Positions 16,689-26,316 of a stretch of DNA of 64,000 nucleotides are shown here, piece after piece. Numbering within the stretch: the first letter of the stretch is position 1; each line of letters begins with the position of its first letter. The notes under the pieces were generated by a model that saw only the letters and a program-made list of their open reading frames with translations, was not told the origin of the DNA and ran no database searches. This DNA comes from a virus, in the IMG/VR virus record IMGVR_UViG_3300020442_000009, positions 61,910-125,909 of that record; one strand, given 5' to 3'. A program made the translations under genes and the position numbers.

Positions 16689-19128
16689 AAATTTCTCCGT
16701 TTTTCATAGCCTCAATACTGCATGCACTTGGTTCCTCTGTGCTTTTTGTTTCAGATTGACCAGCTTTTTCAACCTTGCTTGCAGCCCTATTTCTTAAATA
16801 ATATGTTGTCTTGAGACCATGTTCCCAACAGCTCATATAAATATCATTTAAATACTTTAAAGATGTTCCACTATTATAAAGATTAAAACTAATAGATTGA
16901 TCCATCCATTTTTGTCTGCCAGCATTGCTTTCAATTAATTTTAGCATATCCCTATCAAATGCAGTCTTATATTTACTTTTGATATGTTCTGGTATGTCTC
17001 CATTTAACATAGAAAGATCTCCGTCAACATTTTTTACTAAAGAGGAAATTTCTGAAGTCCACAATCCTAGCTCTTTCATGTCATTTACAAAATGCTCATT
17101 CATGATATAAGAATTTCCGGATTTATTTTCATAAACAAACAGAACTGAAAAGTTAGGCTCAATACTTTGTTCGCAGCCATTTATATATCCAATAGTAGCT
17201 GTAGGTGCAATTGCCATAACATTAGAATTTCTCATGCCAAACTCTGCAACATTCTGGCGAACTTTACCCCAATCTTCAAGACTTTGGCCTTGGCCTGTTT
17301 TTGGATCTTTTTGTTTTCCCCTGTAAGTCATTAGATTATTATAAGAATCTATTGGAAAAATATTTTCACTCCATAATGAGCCTTCATAAGTTTTATACTT
17401 ACCCCTTTCGCTTGCTAATATAGAACTTGCATATATTGCATGCATGGAATAAAATTCAAAAAGTTTATCACTAAATTCAACTGCCTCGTCACTATCAATA
17501 TGTATATCTAATTTATGTAATACATCATGTAAAGCCATCATTCCCAATCCTACAGGTCTATTTTTAAGATTAGAATTTTCTGCTTCTTTTGTAGGATAAA
17601 AATTTAAATCAATTACATTATCAAGCATTCTAACTGCTATATGTATAGTTTCTTCTAGTTTTTTATAATTGATTGTATATCTTGATTTGCCGTGAGTCTG
17701 TTTTTCCTCTAAGTGATTAAGCAAATTAACAGACCCAAGATTGCAAACAGCAGTTTCTCCATGTTCTACTTTTTCTCCCTGACTATACTTTGATGCTTTT
17801 GTATGTAAGGTAATTTCTGTGCAAAGATTTGAACTATGTACTATTCCTTCTTGTTGATTTGTATATCTAATATTACAAGGGTCTTTAAAAGTATTCCAAG
17901 GATGCGATGTTTCAAATAAAACTTTCAGCATTTTTTTCCAAAGATCTTTAGCTGGAGTTGTTCTATAATTTTTAATTAATCCTTCTTCTGCTTTATTGCA
18001 CAATTCATTATATTTTTTATCAAACTCTGCCCCAAAACAATCATGTAGATCAGCTTCATTTGGATCAAAGAAATACCAGACATCTTCATTTTGTACCCTC
18101 CTCATAAATTCATCAGGAATCCAAGATGCAGTATTCATATCATGACAGCGAAGTCTGTCATCCCCAGTATTTCTTCTTAAATTAAGAAAATCTTCAAAGT
18201 CTAAATGCCAAGGCTCTAAATATGCACAGCCAGCTCCCGGCCTCTTGCCTCCTTGATTTACTGCAATTAATAGATCATTATATATTTTTAGCCAAGGGAC
18301 GAGACCACTAGAAATACCATTAGTGCCTTGAATATGAGAACCTGTAGATCTAAATGGAGTTACATCTAATCCAAGTCCACCTGCAAATTTAGATTTTCTA
18401 GCCTCTTGCCAAGCTCCATCAAAAATACCGTCAATGCTATCATCAAAGGTATTTAGATAGCAGGAACTTAATTGAGAATGAACTGTCCCGCTATTAAATA
18501 AAGTTGGAGTAGAAGGAGTATACCTAAACTCACTCATTAGATTATAAAATTCTATGGCTTTTTTGTTTTTATTTTTTTCATTAATAGCTAGCCCCATTGC
18601 AACTCTCATCCAGAAAGATTGAGGGGCTTCCATAATTTTATCATCCTGCCTAATGAAATATCTATCATGTAAAGTTTGTATCCCAAGATATTTAAAAGAT
18701 TTATCTCTTCTTATTTTAATTGCATCAGCTAAACGCTTAAGATCAAAGTCTAAAAGTTTAGGATTAAGCCTTTCTAATTTAACTAACTTTTTAATATTTT
18801 GTATAAAACTTTTTCTATATTGAAGGCTAAATGCATCAGAGTCTACTCCCTCTCGAAAGACCTCTTTATAGATACAATTAGTAAGCAGACTTGCTGCGGC
18901 ATAGCTATAGTTAGGTTCTTTCTCTATTTTTTCTCTTGCCGAAAGCACTAAGGCTTTATCAATTTCTGTTGTAGGAATCTTATCATAAAGTTGTAATTGA
19001 GCATCTAGAACAATTTCGCTTGCAGATACATCCTCTACTCCTTCACAAGCTCTTTGGGCTCTCGCATTTATCTTATCAACAATAAAGTCTACTAGTCTTC
19101 CGTTTCTTTTCTTAACTTTGATATCCAT
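16672..19128 (-). CDS. nrdA: Ribonucleotide reductase alpha subunit with N-terminal ATP cone
   Basis: VKKRNG ATP cone, TPTLFNSG, LSSCY, SNLCTEI, CNLGSVNL, IAPTATI, KTTYYLR, C-terminal CESCQ. Confidence 0.97.
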   Translation of the reverse strand: MDIKVKKRNGRLVDFIVDKINARAQRACEGVEDVSASEIVLDAQLQLYDKIPTTEIDKALVLSAREKIEKEPNYSYAAASLLTNCIYKEVFREGVDSDAFSLQYRKSFIQNIKKLVKLERLNPKLLDFDLKRLADAIKIRRDKSFKYLGIQTLHDRYFIRQDDKIMEAPQSFWMRVAMGLAINEKNKNKKAIEFYNLMSEFRYTPSTPTLFNSGTVHSQLSSCYLNTFDDSIDGIFDGAWQEARKSKFAGGLGLDVTPFRSTGSHIQGTNGISSGLVPWLKIYNDLLIAVNQGGKRPGAGCAYLEPWHLDFEDFLNLRRNTGDDRLRCHDMNTASWIPDEFMRRVQNEDVWYFFDPNEADLHDCFGAEFDKKYNELCNKAEEGLIKNYRTTPAKDLWKKMLKVLFETSHPWNTFKDPCNIRYTNQQEGIVHSSNLCTEITLHTKASKYSQGEKVEHGETAVCNLGSVNLLNHLEEKQTHGKSRYTINYKKLEETIHIAVRMLDNVIDLNFYPTKEAENSNLKNRPVGLGMMALHDVLHKLDIHIDSDEAVEFSDKLFEFYSMHAIYASSILASERGKYKTYEGSLWSENIFPIDSYNNLMTYRGKQKDPKTGQGQSLEDWGKVRQNVAEFGMRNSNVMAIAPTATIGYINGCEQSIEPNFSVLFVYENKSGNSYIMNEHFVNDMKELGLWTSEISSLVKNVDGDLSMLNGDIPEHIKSKYKTAFDRDMLKLIESNAGRQKWMDQSISFNLYNSGTSLKYLNDIYMSCWEHGLKTTYYLRNRAASKVEKAGQSETKSTEEPSACSIEAMKNGEICESCQ

Positions 19129-19143
19129 ATTGAAAAATTACAC
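19129..19143 (-). promoter_or_regulatory. GTGTA upstream motif (nrdA)
   Basis: GTGTAATTTTTCAAT-ATG. Confidence 0.6.
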
Positions 19144-19230
19144 TGTGATTATAAGGGGATTTTAAAAAAAATCAATATTTGATTAAGAATATATCTTAAC
19201 ATAAAAAAGAGTGTACGTCGATAAAAAAAA

Positions 19231-19258
19231 TTGAATTTTTTATTAACACTAATATTAT
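19231..19258 (+). promoter_or_regulatory. Putative sigma70-type promoter for the epimerase gene
   Basis: TTGAAT-16 nt-TATTAT, 7 nt before ATG 19266. Confidence 0.4.
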
Positions 19259-19265
19259 AACTTAT

Positions 19266-20246
19266 ATGAAAATACTTATTGCAGGAGCTGGCGGTTTTAT
19301 AGCAGGACATTTAACGAGAGCATTAGCAGCTGAAGAAGAGCATCAAATTACTGCTGTTGATATTAAAAAGAAAGAAAATTGGTTTCAAGTTAGTAAATCT
19401 GAAAAGGTGGATAGTATTGGTAAGATAGATTTAAAAGATAGGCATCTTGTTAAGAAGTTGTTATCTGAAAATAGATATGATAGAATTTATAATTTAGCAT
19501 GTAACATGGGGGGTATGGGCTTTATACAAAATAACCATGTAGATTGCTTAGAGAGTGTTTATATACAAACTAATTTTATTACGGTTATGAGAGAAATGGA
19601 TAACCCTCCTTCCATTTTTTACAGCTCTTCTGCCTGTGCTTATCCAGAGCATATACAGCAAGAAGTAAGTTCTCCAGCCATTAAGGAAAGTGATGCATAT
19701 CCTGCAGCACCTCAAGATGGTTACGGTTGGGAAAAATTATTTAGTGAAATCATTACACAACATGCAGCTAAAGATCACTCTTTGGATACAAGAATAGCTA
19801 GATTTCATAATTGCTATGGGCCATTTGGTACTTGGCAGGGAGGTAGAGAGAAAGCTCCAGCGGCATTGTGTAGGAAGGTTATTGAAGCTCAACAAAGTAA
19901 AAATCTTAAAATTGATGTTTGGGGAGACGGAGAGCAAACTAGATCTTTTATGTATGTTGATGATTGTATAGAGGGAATGGATAGATTGTGGGATAGTGAT
20001 TATTCAGATCCAGTTAATTTAGGTAGCTCAGAGTTAGTTAGTATTAATCAAATGATTGATATGATAGAAGACATAGCTGGCGTGAAAGTTGAAAGAAATT
20101 ATCAACTAGATAAACCTCAGGGTGTTAGAGGTAGAAATAGTGATAACTCCCTAATTAAAAAAATAACTAGTGGTTGGGAGCCTTCAATTAAATTATTTAA
20201 TGGATTAGAAAAAACTTATTCTTGGATCTGGGATCAAATCATTTAA
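19266..20246 (+). CDS. GDP-mannose 3,5-epimerase-like NAD-dependent epimerase
   Basis: GAGGFIA, MGGMGFIQ, SSACAYP, PQDGYGWEK, RFHNCYGPFGTWQGGREKAPAALCRK, GVRGRNSDN, close to the plant GME signature. Confidence 0.85.
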   Translation: MKILIAGAGGFIAGHLTRALAAEEEHQITAVDIKKKENWFQVSKSEKVDSIGKIDLKDRHLVKKLLSENRYDRIYNLACNMGGMGFIQNNHVDCLESVYIQTNFITVMREMDNPPSIFYSSSACAYPEHIQQEVSSPAIKESDAYPAAPQDGYGWEKLFSEIITQHAAKDHSLDTRIARFHNCYGPFGTWQGGREKAPAALCRKVIEAQQSKNLKIDVWGDGEQTRSFMYVDDCIEGMDRLWDSDYSDPVNLGSSELVSINQMIDMIEDIAGVKVERNYQLDKPQGVRGRNSDNSLIKKITSGWEPSIKLFNGLEKTYSWIWDQII

Positions 20247-21043
20247 TAATTTTTTTTAAAAGGTAGCATTTTGCTATTATTAACTGGGTTGTGATGGGCT
20301 GGACAACCCCATTTGTTTTGAAAAAAACCATGAGCCATAGCTTCTTTTCTTGAACTTTCATGGCTTTCTTCTGGAGTTTTTCTCGTTGCAGCTCCAGCAA
20401 AATGATAAAAGTTGCAAGCATATGTTCTCTCCATTTTTAAACCCCAATATTCACACTTAAGAAAGAAATCCCAATCAACTACATGTGGAGATGGATAAAG
20501 CTCATCCCAGCCACCTAAAGCTAAATAGTCATATTTGTTTATTGCAAAGGGCAGGGTAGAGCCCTCTTCTGTTGTTTCATTTTTTCTTAACAAAACTTCT
20601 TCTTTTTGAAAATTAGAGATATCAAATGTGTTGGGATTTTTGCCAAAATCTTTTATTATAAATTGAGGAAACATTGATGGGTTAGGCTCAATTTGGTTTG
20701 GAGTTAATACTGATTTTGGTTTTAAGTTTTCGGCAATAATTGTATCCCAATTTGACGGGAAAATATTATCATCATTGACCACTAAAATAGTGTCATTGCT
20801 TGAGTTATAAACACCTAGATTTGTAGCTACAGATAAACCTTGGTTAGTTGGTAGATTTAAAACTTTTATATTATCTTCCAGTGCTTTATATTTTTCAATA
20901 ACGGTTTTATTTAAATCATAAAATCCATCAACCACTATAACTACCTCGAAATTCTTCCTTGAGGAGGGTTCCATGAATATAGATTTAAGACATACGTCTA
21001 AATAATCTGGCTCTTTGTATGTTGGTATAATTACTGATATCAT
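20243..21043 (-). CDS. Glycosyltransferase family 2
   Basis: ISVIIPTY, VVDG, NQGLSVATNLG, VNDD, GGWDE, FYHF. Confidence 0.9.
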   Translation of the reverse strand: MISVIIPTYKEPDYLDVCLKSIFMEPSSRKNFEVVIVVDGFYDLNKTVIEKYKALEDNIKVLNLPTNQGLSVATNLGVYNSSNDTILVVNDDNIFPSNWDTIIAENLKPKSVLTPNQIEPNPSMFPQFIIKDFGKNPNTFDISNFQKEEVLLRKNETTEEGSTLPFAINKYDYLALGGWDELYPSPHVVDWDFFLKCEYWGLKMERTYACNFYHFAGAATRKTPEESHESSRKEAMAHGFFQNKWGCPAHHNPVNNSKMLPFKKNY

Positions 21044-21044
21044 A

Positions 21045-21743
21045 TTAAAATAATCTGGCTGTTACTTTGTCCCACTCTATTAGTGGGGTTAAAAATTTTG
21101 TTTCTCCATGTGTGGATAGTCCGGGAATCGATGATACTAGTTTTCTTCCTTTTTCATTTAAGTTGAGAAACATTTTAAAGTCGTCTGGGTGAGTGGACGA
21201 TGTCCACTTTCTTAAAATTTCTTCATCTTTCTTTAATGTTTTTACTTTTGCTGCAAAAGTCATTGTTGTTGAGTTAGTTATTTTCCAATGGCTGTATTTA
21301 CCACAATAAACTCTAGTATCTTCAGCACCTCCTTTGCAAAATGGGTTTCCCCCAAACATGGGCTCCCAGTATTTATCAGGGTGATCATAAAGCGTTACAT
21401 AGTCTCCGAAGCCTAGTCCCTCTGGTATGGCAAATGGAGATAATTCTAAATGTAAATAGTCATTTTCTAAAAAATATACAATATCTTCATCATCAAAAGT
21501 TAATGCTTTATCTAAAGCTAGATTAAAAGTTCCTGCTCCATGACCAACTGAAACATCTTCTATATTAGACTGAAAGCCTAAAATCATACGTTTAGTATCG
21601 CTTGAAATATTATCAGCAATTACAGTCCAGTCACAGTCTCTATAGAAGACATCTGTTGCATTTTTGAGACACTCTTTATTGTTTACATAAGGTGGTTTTT
21701 CTTTTTCGTAACCAGAGTCTGATATTCTATATAAAATTTTCAT
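21045..21743 (-). CDS. GT-A glycosyltransferase-like protein
   Basis: IADN, VYFLENDYLH, LYDHPDKY, STTMTFA, STHGE. Confidence 0.7.
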   Translation of the reverse strand: MKILYRISDSGYEKEKPPYVNNKECLKNATDVFYRDCDWTVIADNISSDTKRMILGFQSNIEDVSVGHGAGTFNLALDKALTFDDEDIVYFLENDYLHLELSPFAIPEGLGFGDYVTLYDHPDKYWEPMFGGNPFCKGGAEDTRVYCGKYSHWKITNSTTMTFAAKVKTLKKDEEILRKWTSSTHPDDFKMFLNLNEKGRKLVSSIPGLSTHGETKFLTPLIEWDKVTARLF

Positions 21744-22396
21744 AAGTCTTTATCTTTTCTGTTGCCCAGATGAGGCACATGTTGTATACCTGTCAGTTTT
21801 TTATTGATATATACTTTGTGTTTTATTATATTCCATAATGCATGACTAACCCTGAAGTCTCCTGAGCCCCAAGGTTCAAATTGTGCATCTTTTATGTATT
21901 TAGAATGAAACATAAAACCTATCATACTTATGTTGGCTGGAATTGGGGGAGATGTTTCTAGGTTTGGGCTGCCTTGTCTAGGAATAGTAAACCCCGGAAA
22001 TTCCACATCCCAAAAAAGTAAAGTATCATCATTTTTTATGTGACTAACTATTTCTGAAAGAGACTCGTTTGAAATGAAATGATCGTCATCGTCTAGAAAC
22101 ATTATCCAACCCTCTTCAACCAAATCATACATATCATTTAAATAAGAGTTCCACCAAGCAGGACTGTCAGAGCCTCCGTACCAAAAACTTTTATGTTGCT
22201 CGTGTCTGTATTTTAAAGGATCTATGTATAAAAAGCTTTCTCTATGTTTTTCAATATATGTGCTTGCAGAGTGTTCGTCTGTACCTATTATATGTTTAAT
22301 ATTTTCGTAAGTTTGAGAGTCAACACTTTTGCAGCAATCCCTAAAATAGTTTGGCCTATTTGATGTTCTCGTTAAAATGTTTACTTTTTCCGACAT
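21740..22396 (-). CDS. Glycosyltransferase family 2
   Basis: ILTRTSNRP, SVDSQTY, WIMFLDDDD, GDF. Confidence 0.8.
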   Translation of the reverse strand: MSEKVNILTRTSNRPNYFRDCCKSVDSQTYENIKHIIGTDEHSASTYIEKHRESFLYIDPLKYRHEQHKSFWYGGSDSPAWWNSYLNDMYDLVEEGWIMFLDDDDHFISNESLSEIVSHIKNDDTLLFWDVEFPGFTIPRQGSPNLETSPPIPANISMIGFMFHSKYIKDAQFEPWGSGDFRVSHALWNIIKHKVYINKKLTGIQHVPHLGNRKDKDL

Positions 22397-23112
22397 ACTT
22401 TATAAACTTTTTGTAAATTTTTGCCAATCAAGCAAAGCTGTTTTAATTCTTCTGGGGTAATACTACATTTATGATCGGACCCCTCCATTGTTTTGGAAAG
22501 GGTAAAGTGTCTTTCTACAAAACTAGCGCCTCTAGCTATAGCCAAAAGAGACATTTCAATTCCATGTGTATGATCAGATATTCCGTAATATTCAGAGTTT
22601 ACATAGTCTGTTGGTTGATCTGCATAATCCTTGTACTGAGATGGATAAAGGGATTTGCAAAATAAATATTTCACATTACTATAATCACCCATAATATCTT
22701 TGGCTTTTTCTAAAGATTCCATGCCTAGTGCAACATAGGTTGGCTTGCCTAGTTTGCAGATAGTTTTGCAAAAATCTGGAGTTTTTTTGACAGACCTAGA
22801 TGCAATCTTATAAATCTTGCAATCATGTTTTTCTGTCCACTCTAGTCTGGTTTCGTCAAACACACTAAAAAATGGCTCTATAGATTCTTCGTGACACCAA
22901 TCTAAAACTCTTTTAAATTGATCATAATTAAACTGGCATCTTTGTCCTTCTGCTATTAAGTGTGGTTCATCTGCAAAAAGGATTTTAGGTTCATATAGTT
23001 GAAATTTTACTAAGTCTGCCCCATTGATGGAGGCTTGTCTAATTAACTCATGACACAAGTCCATGTCACCATTGTGGTTAATTCCTATTTCTGCTGCTAT
23101 GGTTAGGTTCAT
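22381..23112 (-). CDS. neuB: Nonulosonic (sialic) acid synthase, short form without antifreeze-like domain
   Basis: AEIGINHNGD, GADLVKFQ, SVFD, KIAS, C.S.YP, GISDHT, ERHFTL, GSDH. Confidence 0.9.
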   Translation of the reverse strand: MNLTIAAEIGINHNGDMDLCHELIRQASINGADLVKFQLYEPKILFADEPHLIAEGQRCQFNYDQFKRVLDWCHEESIEPFFSVFDETRLEWTEKHDCKIYKIASRSVKKTPDFCKTICKLGKPTYVALGMESLEKAKDIMGDYSNVKYLFCKSLYPSQYKDYADQPTDYVNSEYYGISDHTHGIEMSLLAIARGASFVERHFTLSKTMEGSDHKCSITPEELKQLCLIGKNLQKVYKVCRKK

Positions 23113-23654
23113 AATAGTTTTGATACTTCTATTATATCATTTTTTGTATGAATGTCTAGCCAATTTGTTATAACAAAACCGTTATAGCTTATTTTACCTT
23201 TATGAGAACTTACAAAATTTCTGTAAACATGAACTGCTCCATTGTGAATTAGATCTTCTCCAGTAGTATGCACTTGCCATAATTTATTATCAATAAGTTT
23301 ATCTATGCATTCGTCTATTATTGAGCTTGTAATTTGTGGGGAATTTGCTTGCAATAAAACTATAATGTCATCATCTTTAGCCTTAATGGATTGTGAAAAG
23401 TGATCAACTACTGGTTGAGTCCACACATTATCTCCAGCTAGTTCGGGTGGACGGTTAATAATATTGAAACCAGTGCATGCATCTTTAATTTTTTGATCTT
23501 CGGTAGATATATAAAGATTATTTTTATTAATGTATTTTGATTTTAAAGCAGCATCTATCGTCCAATGAATTAAAGGTTTGCCTTTTAGGGGATAAATATT
23601 TTTACCTTTTAGTCTTTTAGAGCCACCCCTAGCTGGTATTAAGCAGTGAATCAT
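23109..23654 (-). CDS. neuA: Acylneuraminate cytidylyltransferase (CMP-nonulosonate synthetase)
   Basis: IPARGGSKRLKGKNI, GKPLI.WTI, STED, RPPELAGD, LQANSP, NGA, LDIHT. Confidence 0.9.
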   Translation of the reverse strand: MIHCLIPARGGSKRLKGKNIYPLKGKPLIHWTIDAALKSKYINKNNLYISTEDQKIKDACTGFNIINRPPELAGDNVWTQPVVDHFSQSIKAKDDDIIVLLQANSPQITSSIIDECIDKLIDNKLWQVHTTGEDLIHNGAVHVYRNFVSSHKGKISYNGFVITNWLDIHTKNDIIEVSKLL

Positions 23655-24664
23655 ATATCAGAAAAATCTTTTATTTGTTTTGGCCCGTCTGATATTTTAG
23701 TTTTAAATAATTTAGATTGCAATTTATCTTCATAGAAATCTGCAACCGGCAAATATTTGTCTAATAAGATTTGTCGATTTGGTGTGTGCCAGTTATATTT
23801 GTGTTTTTCTAAAAACCTTTCATGAGGATTAAGTCCTGATCTTTTGTTTCTTATAAAAAGATTGTCTGTATTATGTTTTATTCCGCTTTTTAATCCATGA
23901 TCAGTGCTTGCCATTAAATGAGGGAAAGTGATATTAAAAATATTTTTAGATAAAAATTGATGAGCTATGTCATCAGCCCAAAGATCTTGTTTCATGATTG
24001 GGTCTGGGATGATATGATCTCTATACAGTTTCCTGTTAAAAAAACAAAAGTTCCAGTTGGGGACTTCAACCACAAAATGATCTACTTCGTAATAAGAGTT
24101 TGGTAATTGCCTGTACCAATTTCCGTATGGGTGTGCTTGTATATCTTCTGGGAATATACCTCTTCCTAAATGTGTTCCAGTTTTTGATCTTTGTATTTTA
24201 TTTTTACTTCTTGCTAGTTCTTTTGCTCTTGAATAAGAGACAGTTGACCAAACGTATGTTGATCCACTAAACATTCCCACTTTTTCTTTTAACCAATTAT
24301 TGTTTTTGTTGATTGTGTCGTTTACTTGATCCCAGAAATCTTCTTCTAGGAAAACACAATCATGTTGAATATACAAAATCCAGTCAACATCTATATTATT
24401 TTCTTTTAAATAATTGTCAGCAAGCTCTATTGATTGTTGGTGTGAATGTAGTTTTAAGCTTGAATGTATGTAGTTTATATTTAAATCTTTGCATATTTTT
24501 TCTCCATATTCCATGGCAGAAGGTTCTGAATCAACGTCAACATTTAATACAACTAAATCATCAAAGCTGGGTACATTAAACTTATATATTAAATCTTTTA
24601 GTAAGTTATGATAACATCCTGTAGATTTTGTGGAAAATAAAATACAAAATTTTTTGTTATTCAT
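23651..24664 (-). CDS. Putative GT-A / GT2-like glycosyltransferase
   Basis: VDVDS, WILYIQHDC, LWADD; position within the operon. Confidence 0.55.
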   Translation of the reverse strand: MNNKKFCILFSTKSTGCYHNLLKDLIYKFNVPSFDDLVVLNVDVDSEPSAMEYGEKICKDLNINYIHSSLKLHSHQQSIELADNYLKENNIDVDWILYIQHDCVFLEEDFWDQVNDTINKNNNWLKEKVGMFSGSTYVWSTVSYSRAKELARSKNKIQRSKTGTHLGRGIFPEDIQAHPYGNWYRQLPNSYYEVDHFVVEVPNWNFCFFNRKLYRDHIIPDPIMKQDLWADDIAHQFLSKNIFNITFPHLMASTDHGLKSGIKHNTDNLFIRNKRSGLNPHERFLEKHKYNWHTPNRQILLDKYLPVADFYEDKLQSKLFKTKISDGPKQIKDFSDI

Positions 24665-24665
24665 T

Positions 24666-25241
24666 TTAAAATAATTTTATTGCATCTATTAGGGTTATGT
24701 TTGTATCTACATCTAGTTCACTATGCCTTTTTATATCCTGCATTGTGTAGCTTCTAGTTATAACTTCGTAACCTAGATCTAAAAATTCTTGAGAATCCCA
24801 TCCAGATCTGTGTGTTTGGTATTCATCTCCGCCGTGGCCCCATATGTCAATATCTTGTGGTATAAAACCTTCTGGAGTTTCTATGATGCAAGCTTTTTTC
24901 GCTATTTTCTCACAATCTTTGATTAGCTTTAGTGCATCTTCTTTTGTTAGATGTTCTACTACATCTAAAGCCATAACGATATCAAAAGAATTTTCTAGGA
25001 AAAGGTTTGAAATGTTTTTTACATTTTCGCAGACAGGAATAAACGGAACTTTGCTTTCTATTTTTTCTAAATAAGGTTTGTAAACATCTATCCCTACCCT
25101 TATGTCGCAATCAAGATATTGAGACTTGAGGGATAGGCCGCATGCCACATCTAATACTGACACAATTTTGCCTTTTGGGTATAAGCCTTTCTCGTTAAAT
25201 ATATTATATATAGTATTTTTTTTCCAATCTTCTTTAGGCAT
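24666..25241 (-). CDS. Class I SAM-dependent methyltransferase
   Basis: VLDVACG, GIDV, FDIVMALDVVEHL, ETP, HRSGW. Confidence 0.85.
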   Translation of the reverse strand: MPKEDWKKNTIYNIFNEKGLYPKGKIVSVLDVACGLSLKSQYLDCDIRVGIDVYKPYLEKIESKVPFIPVCENVKNISNLFLENSFDIVMALDVVEHLTKEDALKLIKDCEKIAKKACIIETPEGFIPQDIDIWGHGGDEYQTHRSGWDSQEFLDLGYEVITRSYTMQDIKRHSELDVDTNITLIDAIKLF

Positions 25242-26316
25242 AATATTTTTCCTTAATAATTTTAGTTATTCTTGAGCTTGATAATCCATCCCAATATTTT
25301 ATTTTACTAGTTTTATTATAATCAAGTTTATTTATATGATTTCTAATATTTTTAGGATCGGAGCCAATTAAATGATTTGTTCCATCTGAAATTGTTATAG
25401 GTCTTTCTGTGTTATCTCTTAAGGTTAAGCAAGGTATGTTAAAAAACGAGGACTCTTCTTGGACTCCGCCAGAATCTGTAATAATAAATTTAGAATTTTT
25501 TTGTAGATTCATAAAATCTAAATAACCTAATGAATCTACGAATAATAAAGAATTGTTTTTAGGGTTATATAGTTCGCAATTCTCTAGTAGTTTTTTTGTT
25601 CTTGGATGCACAGGAAAAATGCAGTCTATTGATTTAGATAAAGAGTATAATTCTTTTATTATTGCATTTAAATTCTTTTTATTGTCAACATTTGAAGGTC
25701 TGTGTAGTGTAATTAGGCTATAATTTTTTGTAGTTAAATTTAAATCTTTTAAAATTGTAGATTGGCAGATCTTTTTAGAAAAAGAAACTAAAGAATCAAT
25801 CATTGTGTTACCAACAAAGTAGCATTTTTTAGAATTAACACTTTCTTTTTTTAGATTGTTTAGAGCATCTTTGCATGTTAAGAACAGAATGTCTGAGATT
25901 GAATCAACTAGAGTTCTATTAATTTCCTCTGGCATGCTTCTGTCAAAACTTCTGAGCCCGGATTCTACATGTGCTATTTTTATGCCCATTTTGTTTGCAC
26001 ATATAGCAGCAGCTAAAGAGCTAGTTACATCTCCATATACAAAAACTAAATCAGGTTTTTCTTTACTAAAATATTTTTCACAACCAACTATGATTTCTGA
26101 TATTTGTTGACACTGAGACTTGTGACCAATGTTTAGGTTTAAATTTGGTTGGGGCATTTCTAGATCTTCAAAGAAAACTTTTGACATATTTTTATCAAAA
26201 TGTTGACCTGTATGTAAAACTAAATTTAAAAAACCTGCATCAGATAAATTTTTAACTACGGGAAATGCTTTTATGAAGTTTGGTCTCGCCCCAATGATGT
26301 GAATGATTTTAAACAT
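25234..26316 (-). CDS. wecB: UDP-N-acetylglucosamine 2-epimerase (non-hydrolysing)
   Basis: GARPNF, HTGQH, YGDVTS, HVESGLRS, MPEEINR, TLHRPSN, TDSGGVQEE, TERP. Confidence 0.92.
   Translation of the reverse strand: MFKIIHIIGARPNFIKAFPVVKNLSDAGFLNLVLHTGQHFDKNMSKVFFEDLEMPQPNLNLNIGHKSQCQQISEIIVGCEKYFSKEKPDLVFVYGDVTSSLAAAICANKMGIKIAHVESGLRSFDRSMPEEINRTLVDSISDILFLTCKDALNNLKKESVNSKKCYFVGNTMIDSLVSFSKKICQSTILKDLNLTTKNYSLITLHRPSNVDNKKNLNAIIKELYSLSKSIDCIFPVHPRTKKLLENCELYNPKNNSLLFVDSLGYLDFMNLQKNSKFIITDSGGVQEESSFFNIPCLTLRDNTERPITISDGTNHLIGSDPKNIRNHINKLDYNKTSKIKYWDGLSSSRITKIIKEKYYA

Noticed and set aside
16672-19128. Intein or intron in nrdA/nrdB
   Set aside because: Both are of normal length with contiguous catalytic motifs; no splice or homing endonuclease motifs.
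19211-19220. GTGTA at 19211 upstream of the epimerase gene
   Set aside because: 55 nt from the ATG and followed by CGTCG rather than the AT-rich tract seen in the other copies; not counted.
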